Below are positions 59,210-64,000 of a stretch of DNA of 64,000 nt, piece by piece. The DNA lies in NCBI RefSeq assembly GCF_006345805.1, contig NC_043014.1, positions 50,034,001 through 50,098,000 on the forward strand. Reading direction: 5' to 3'. The notes under the pieces are model-generated. The model did not search any database. It saw only the letters and a list, made by a program, of their open reading frames with translations, and was not told where the DNA came from. The DNA is from Octopus sinensis. Its lineage: Eukaryota. A program made the translations under genes and the position numbers. The first letter of the stretch is position 1, and every line of letters begins with the position of its first letter.

Positions 59210-62200
59210 CATTAAGGTAAATCAATCTGTCACAGCACTAGGTTTGGCAAGGCATCCATTCTAATAGGGATTTTTTACCATTCTAATTATTATTATGATG
59301 ATGATGATGATGATGATGATGATATTAATGCTGATTCTGTTTGACGCGGCACAAAGCCAAACTTTTAAAAAGGAAAGAAATGTAGTGATGCTTATGGCAT
59401 ATTTGAAGTGGAATAGTTTCAAGATAGAACCGAAACTTTACAAGTTCTCTTTTCGAGAGAGTTTTTCTCTGTACCACCTGCCTTAAAATGATAATAATAA
59501 TAACAACAACAACGATAATAATAATAATGATTTCTAACAGAGGCACAAGGCCACGCACTTTGGGAGACGGGCAGTAGGTTGAGCGAGTCATCCCCAATAC
59601 CTGACAGGTACTTTTATCTTATAGGTATGAAAACCCAAATTAACTATGGCAGAATTTAAATTCAATAACACACCTGATGAATGTGGAGTTGCATGGTGCT
59701 TGATAACATGAGGATGATGATGATGATCATAATAATAATAATAATAATAATCATGACGGGATAAAACTAATTCTATGAATTTAGGATCTAATGTGTTTGT
59801 GTTAAGCCTGTCAAATGACCGACAGTTGTCAGAATGACATATCTAAATGGGATGTTGATACAGTTTGTTGTAAAATACAAAAATGTGAATGAAAACAGAT
59901 GAAAGAAAAAAGAAAACCCAACAAAAGCAGATACACTAACTCCTTTCTCCTGCTTGTGAAAACAACAGCAGCAGCAACAACATCAACAACAACGTTTCTA
60001 TCATATGAAGTCGAAGAAGAACAGGAAAAACCATGTACAAAAAAAGGCAAAACAAAAACAAGTCTTTTGAGGAATGTCAGTTTGTCCTCATAGGATGCTG
60101 AGATGGAGAAAAGAATATTAATTCTCTTAGCAGTGGTGGTGGTTGAGGGACGGGGTCAGTCACTAGGCTATGGCCATGCTGGGACACCTCTTCGAGGATC
60201 AGTTGTTCAAACTGGTCCCAGCAATTATTTCCATCTTGTAGTTACACACACACACACACACAACAGAATTCTGTATGATTTCTACCTACCAAATTCCAGT
60301 GCCAAAGGCACTGTCTTACATGGTACCACAGTTAAAGAAAAAAGCAAAAAAAAAAAAAACCCCATGGTACTGTGCAGTGGTACAGAAACCAGAACCACAT
60401 GTGTCATAAAGTGAAGTGCCTAACCACTGGGCTGTGCCTGTATTGAAAACATTGAAGACATCATGGTGAAACCTCGGCTGACAACTGAGAAAATGTGGCA
60501 AGGAACTCCACAGGATAAGTATTTCAATGTTTATTATTATTATTATTATTATCATTAATCATTATTCATTGTATACTTGGCATTGTTCAACACCCCACTT
60601 TCCCCTTGTATTGTACTGTCCCTATCTGTTTTGTGTTCGGCCCCTGTGGCCAATAAAGAAATCATCATTATTATTATTATTATTATTATATTTCTCTTCT
60701 GTTACTCATATTCTTCCAATCATACTCAGTGTAGATTCCTATCATCTCCGCAACCAGGATGTAAAATAGAGCTAAGGTCACTGCACTTGTTTCGTTAAGC
60801 CTTCGAAATAATTAATAATTATTATCATTATCGTTATTATCATCATTATTAGTTGTATTTAATAATGCGATACTTTTCACATATGAAATTAATAAACTTT
60901 AATCTAAAAAAAAATAATTCAACTGTACAACAAGTGTCGTCGTCGGCGGCAGCGGTATCCGTCTGTCTCGAGAGACGATGGTGTAGCTCGGAAACTGTTG
61001 AGCTACAAGGCCTGGGCAGGTTTGTATGAGGGATCAACTGTTGCCCATCCAGTTATGTTTGTGTATATATGTTTGTATATATGTTTGTATATATATATGT
61101 TTGTATATATGTGTATATATATTTGTTTGTGTATATATGTTATTATATATATATGTGTATATATATATATTTGTTTGTGTATATATGTTATTATATATAT
61201 GTGTATATATATATATATATATATGTTTGTATATATATGTGTATATATATATGTTTGTATATATGTGTATATATGTTATTATATATATATATGTGTATAT
61301 ATGTTGTTATATATATGTGTATATATATATGTTTGTGTATATATGTTATTATAATGTTTGTATATATGTGTTTGTGTATATATATTTGTTTGTGTATATA
61401 TGTTGTTATATATATATATGTGTATATATATATATATTTGTTTGTGTATATATGTTGTTATATATATGTGTATATATATATATATATATATGTTTGTATA
61501 TATATATCTGTTTCAAAGGCTGTCATAGCCAGGAGGAGTGGTAGCAGGGATAAGCTTCCACTGCCTACAAGGTGTACAACAAGCAAGCAAATGAAAACTA
61601 TATACATAAACCAGCTCACTTGTTAGCCGCTTTTCATCCATAAATATTTTTCTCCAAATACATTACAGGGGCCATCCACCCTACCTTCTGCCTGGACCGC
61701 CACATTATCACCCCCCGTGCAATTACACTTGTTTCATCTCCACCCCCTACTACTATGCTCCTGCAGGCTACCCAAACACATCATCTCCATTCTCCCCTCT
61801 GTCAAGGGTATCGCTGCTACCCTACAACTAGTATCCTTGTAGCCCCCCCCCCTCACACTACTACCTGGCCACCTCATCACTACTGTCCATCTTCTGGGAG
61901 ATATCTCTTAATTCATTCTCACTCTCTCTCTCCCCTAAATACGAGTAGCCATTGTCGCTCCTCTACAACAAGAACCTGCTGTACTTTAACCTCTTCCCTT
62001 AACCCATTCCCAACCTCCAACATACGGGTGCAAAATACCCTTTCCTTGTGTTTGTTGACTTGCAAGCTACATGGCTGGTGACCCCCCCAAAAAAATAAAA
62101 TTAAAAAAAAAAAAACGGGGCACCCAGTTCACACTATAAAGTGGTTTGGCATCAGGAAGGGCACCTAGTCAGAGAAACCATACCAAAGCACAGACACTGG

Positions 62201-62270
62201 AGCATGAGACAGTCCTTGGACCCTTTACATCCAGTCAAACCATCCAACACATGCAAGCATGGAACATGGA

Positions 62271-62316
<46 letters not shown>

Positions 62317-62447
62317 TATTTTTATATAAGCTTAAAGCTTATGGCAATCACCATGCAATGACTAAGGAAATAGCCTAATAAAAGGGCATATAAGCCCTCG
62401 ACAGAAAAAAGGCTTTCCTATCCATACTGAAAGCATATGCGTGTGTG

Positions 62448-62581
<134 letters not shown>

Positions 62582-63009
62582 CTGAGATTCATTTCCAAGT
62601 TGTTGAGTTGTTCTGTTGATACACCTGTTCAGTGAGATTATGCACCTGAGAAATTTGGAGAAGCTATCTCCAATAAATATTCAAACAGCTTTTCTACATG
62701 TACTGGGCACGTTTCCTTGCATTTGTACACCCCCAAAACATATATCTACCTATCAACCATGTGATGCTTACATCATATACGTACGATACATATATGTATT
62801 TATGAAGACAAGTCTAATGTTACATTTCAACTAATTAAAGATAATGAGGTTTATTAGCAAATGTAATTTACACATATTGTTAATATTCAGCATAATTTAT
62901 TGTCTACACTTGGTAAACACTCAAAGTAAATGGGCTGGAATATGAAAGGGGTGAGGTGAGGGAAGATCATGGGCTTTTTTCCAATATGAGCATTAATAAT
63001 AATAATAAT

Positions 63010-63570
63010 AATGGTCTCAAATTTTGCCACAAGGGTAGCCATTTGGGGGTGGGGGGAGAAGATAAGTTGATTACATCGACCCAAGTGGTCAACTGGTACT
63101 TAATTCATCAACTCCAAAAGGATGAAAGCAAAGTTGACCATGGTAGAATCTGAACTCACAATGTAGCAGCAGATGAAATGCCGCTAAGCATTTCGCCCAG
63201 TGTAATAATCCTTTCTACCATAGGCACAAGGCTGGAAATTTGGGGGATGGGGGACAATCAATTACATTGACCCACTACTTAAGTTATCGACCCAGAAAGG
63301 ATGAAAAGCAAAGTCAACTCCTGCAGAATTTGAACTCAGAACGTAGCAGCAGACAAAATACCGCTAAGCATTTCGCCCAGCGTTCTAATGATTCCGCCAG
63401 CTCACCGAGTTGTCAGAATCGTTGGCATGCTTAGTGGTATTTCTTCTGTCTTGACATTTCGAGTTCAAATTCTGCTGAGGCCAACTTTGCCCTTCATCCT
63501 TTCGGGGTCGATAAAATAAAGTACCAGTTGTGTACAGGGGTCGATGGTAATTGATTTATTACCCCTTCCC
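63010..63570. mobile_element. Family A SINE cluster, two minus copies then one plus copy
   Basis: Same diagnostic blocks as above. Confidence 0.75.
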
Positions 63571-64000
63571 TCAACTTATTGACCCTGTGTCATTACAAAA
63601 CTTTTAGGAACAGCAAACATTCTGCAGAAAGCACCGTCTATCTGAGGTTATATAACTTGATAAGAGAAGGGAATCAATTATACAATCCAGTGTTAACAAG
63701 ACTGTTACTGTGCAAATGAAAGAACAACAACAACAATAATAATAATAATAATGATGATGATGGTGGTTTCTGATTTAGCAATTTTGATGGGAAGGGTTCA
63801 GTTAATACCATTCACTCCAGGATTAGACTGGTACTTTGACCATATCAGTCTAGGAAGGACAAACAGCAGAGCTCACCTTGGCAGGAATGTGAAAAGCCCT
63901 AACTAAGCATCATAAAACACTTCAAATGATTCTCTCCGTCCTTTGCCCTAGGGATTTCAAACAAAAGGAGCGTGTATGTGTATGTGTGTGTGTGTGTGTG

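Noticed and set aside
62625-62645. 21-nt minus-strand exon candidate (VHNLTEQ)
   Set aside because: Weak donor (GTGTAT) and no supporting larger exon.

Overview
AT-rich eukaryotic DNA saturated with microsatellites and SINEs. The repeat repertoire looks like an octopus/coleoid cephalopod genome (inference from recalled SINE sequences, no search run). Almost all ORFs in the track are artefacts of (TA)n/(TG)n/(CATA)n tracts or repeats. (1) One real protein-coding gene is hidden in the window: a 5'-partial, + strand, seven-exon immunoglobulin-superfamily type I membrane receptor (21590-43206). It has two Ig exons, a TM exon, a 16-nt microexon and three cytoplasmic exons with YVN, YLEL and YEEP motifs. 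All six introns are GT-AG and phase-consistent (1,1,1,2,1,1). (2) At least six complete or near-complete type I hammerhead ribozyme folds from unrelated repeat families occur, with the features of Penelope-like-element (PLE) hammerheads (short, often palindromic stem III; often inverted flanking repeats). One carries a U3-A8 compensatory core and one lies in the sense strand of the intron between the ectodomain and TM exons. Several decayed copies are also present. (3) The rest is four or more tRNA-derived SINE families, RTE, CR1 and R4/Dong LINE fragments, mariner/hAT/piggyBac/Helitron-like non-autonomous DNA elements, foldback palindromes and minisatellites. No CRISPR, rRNA or true tRNA gene is supported.
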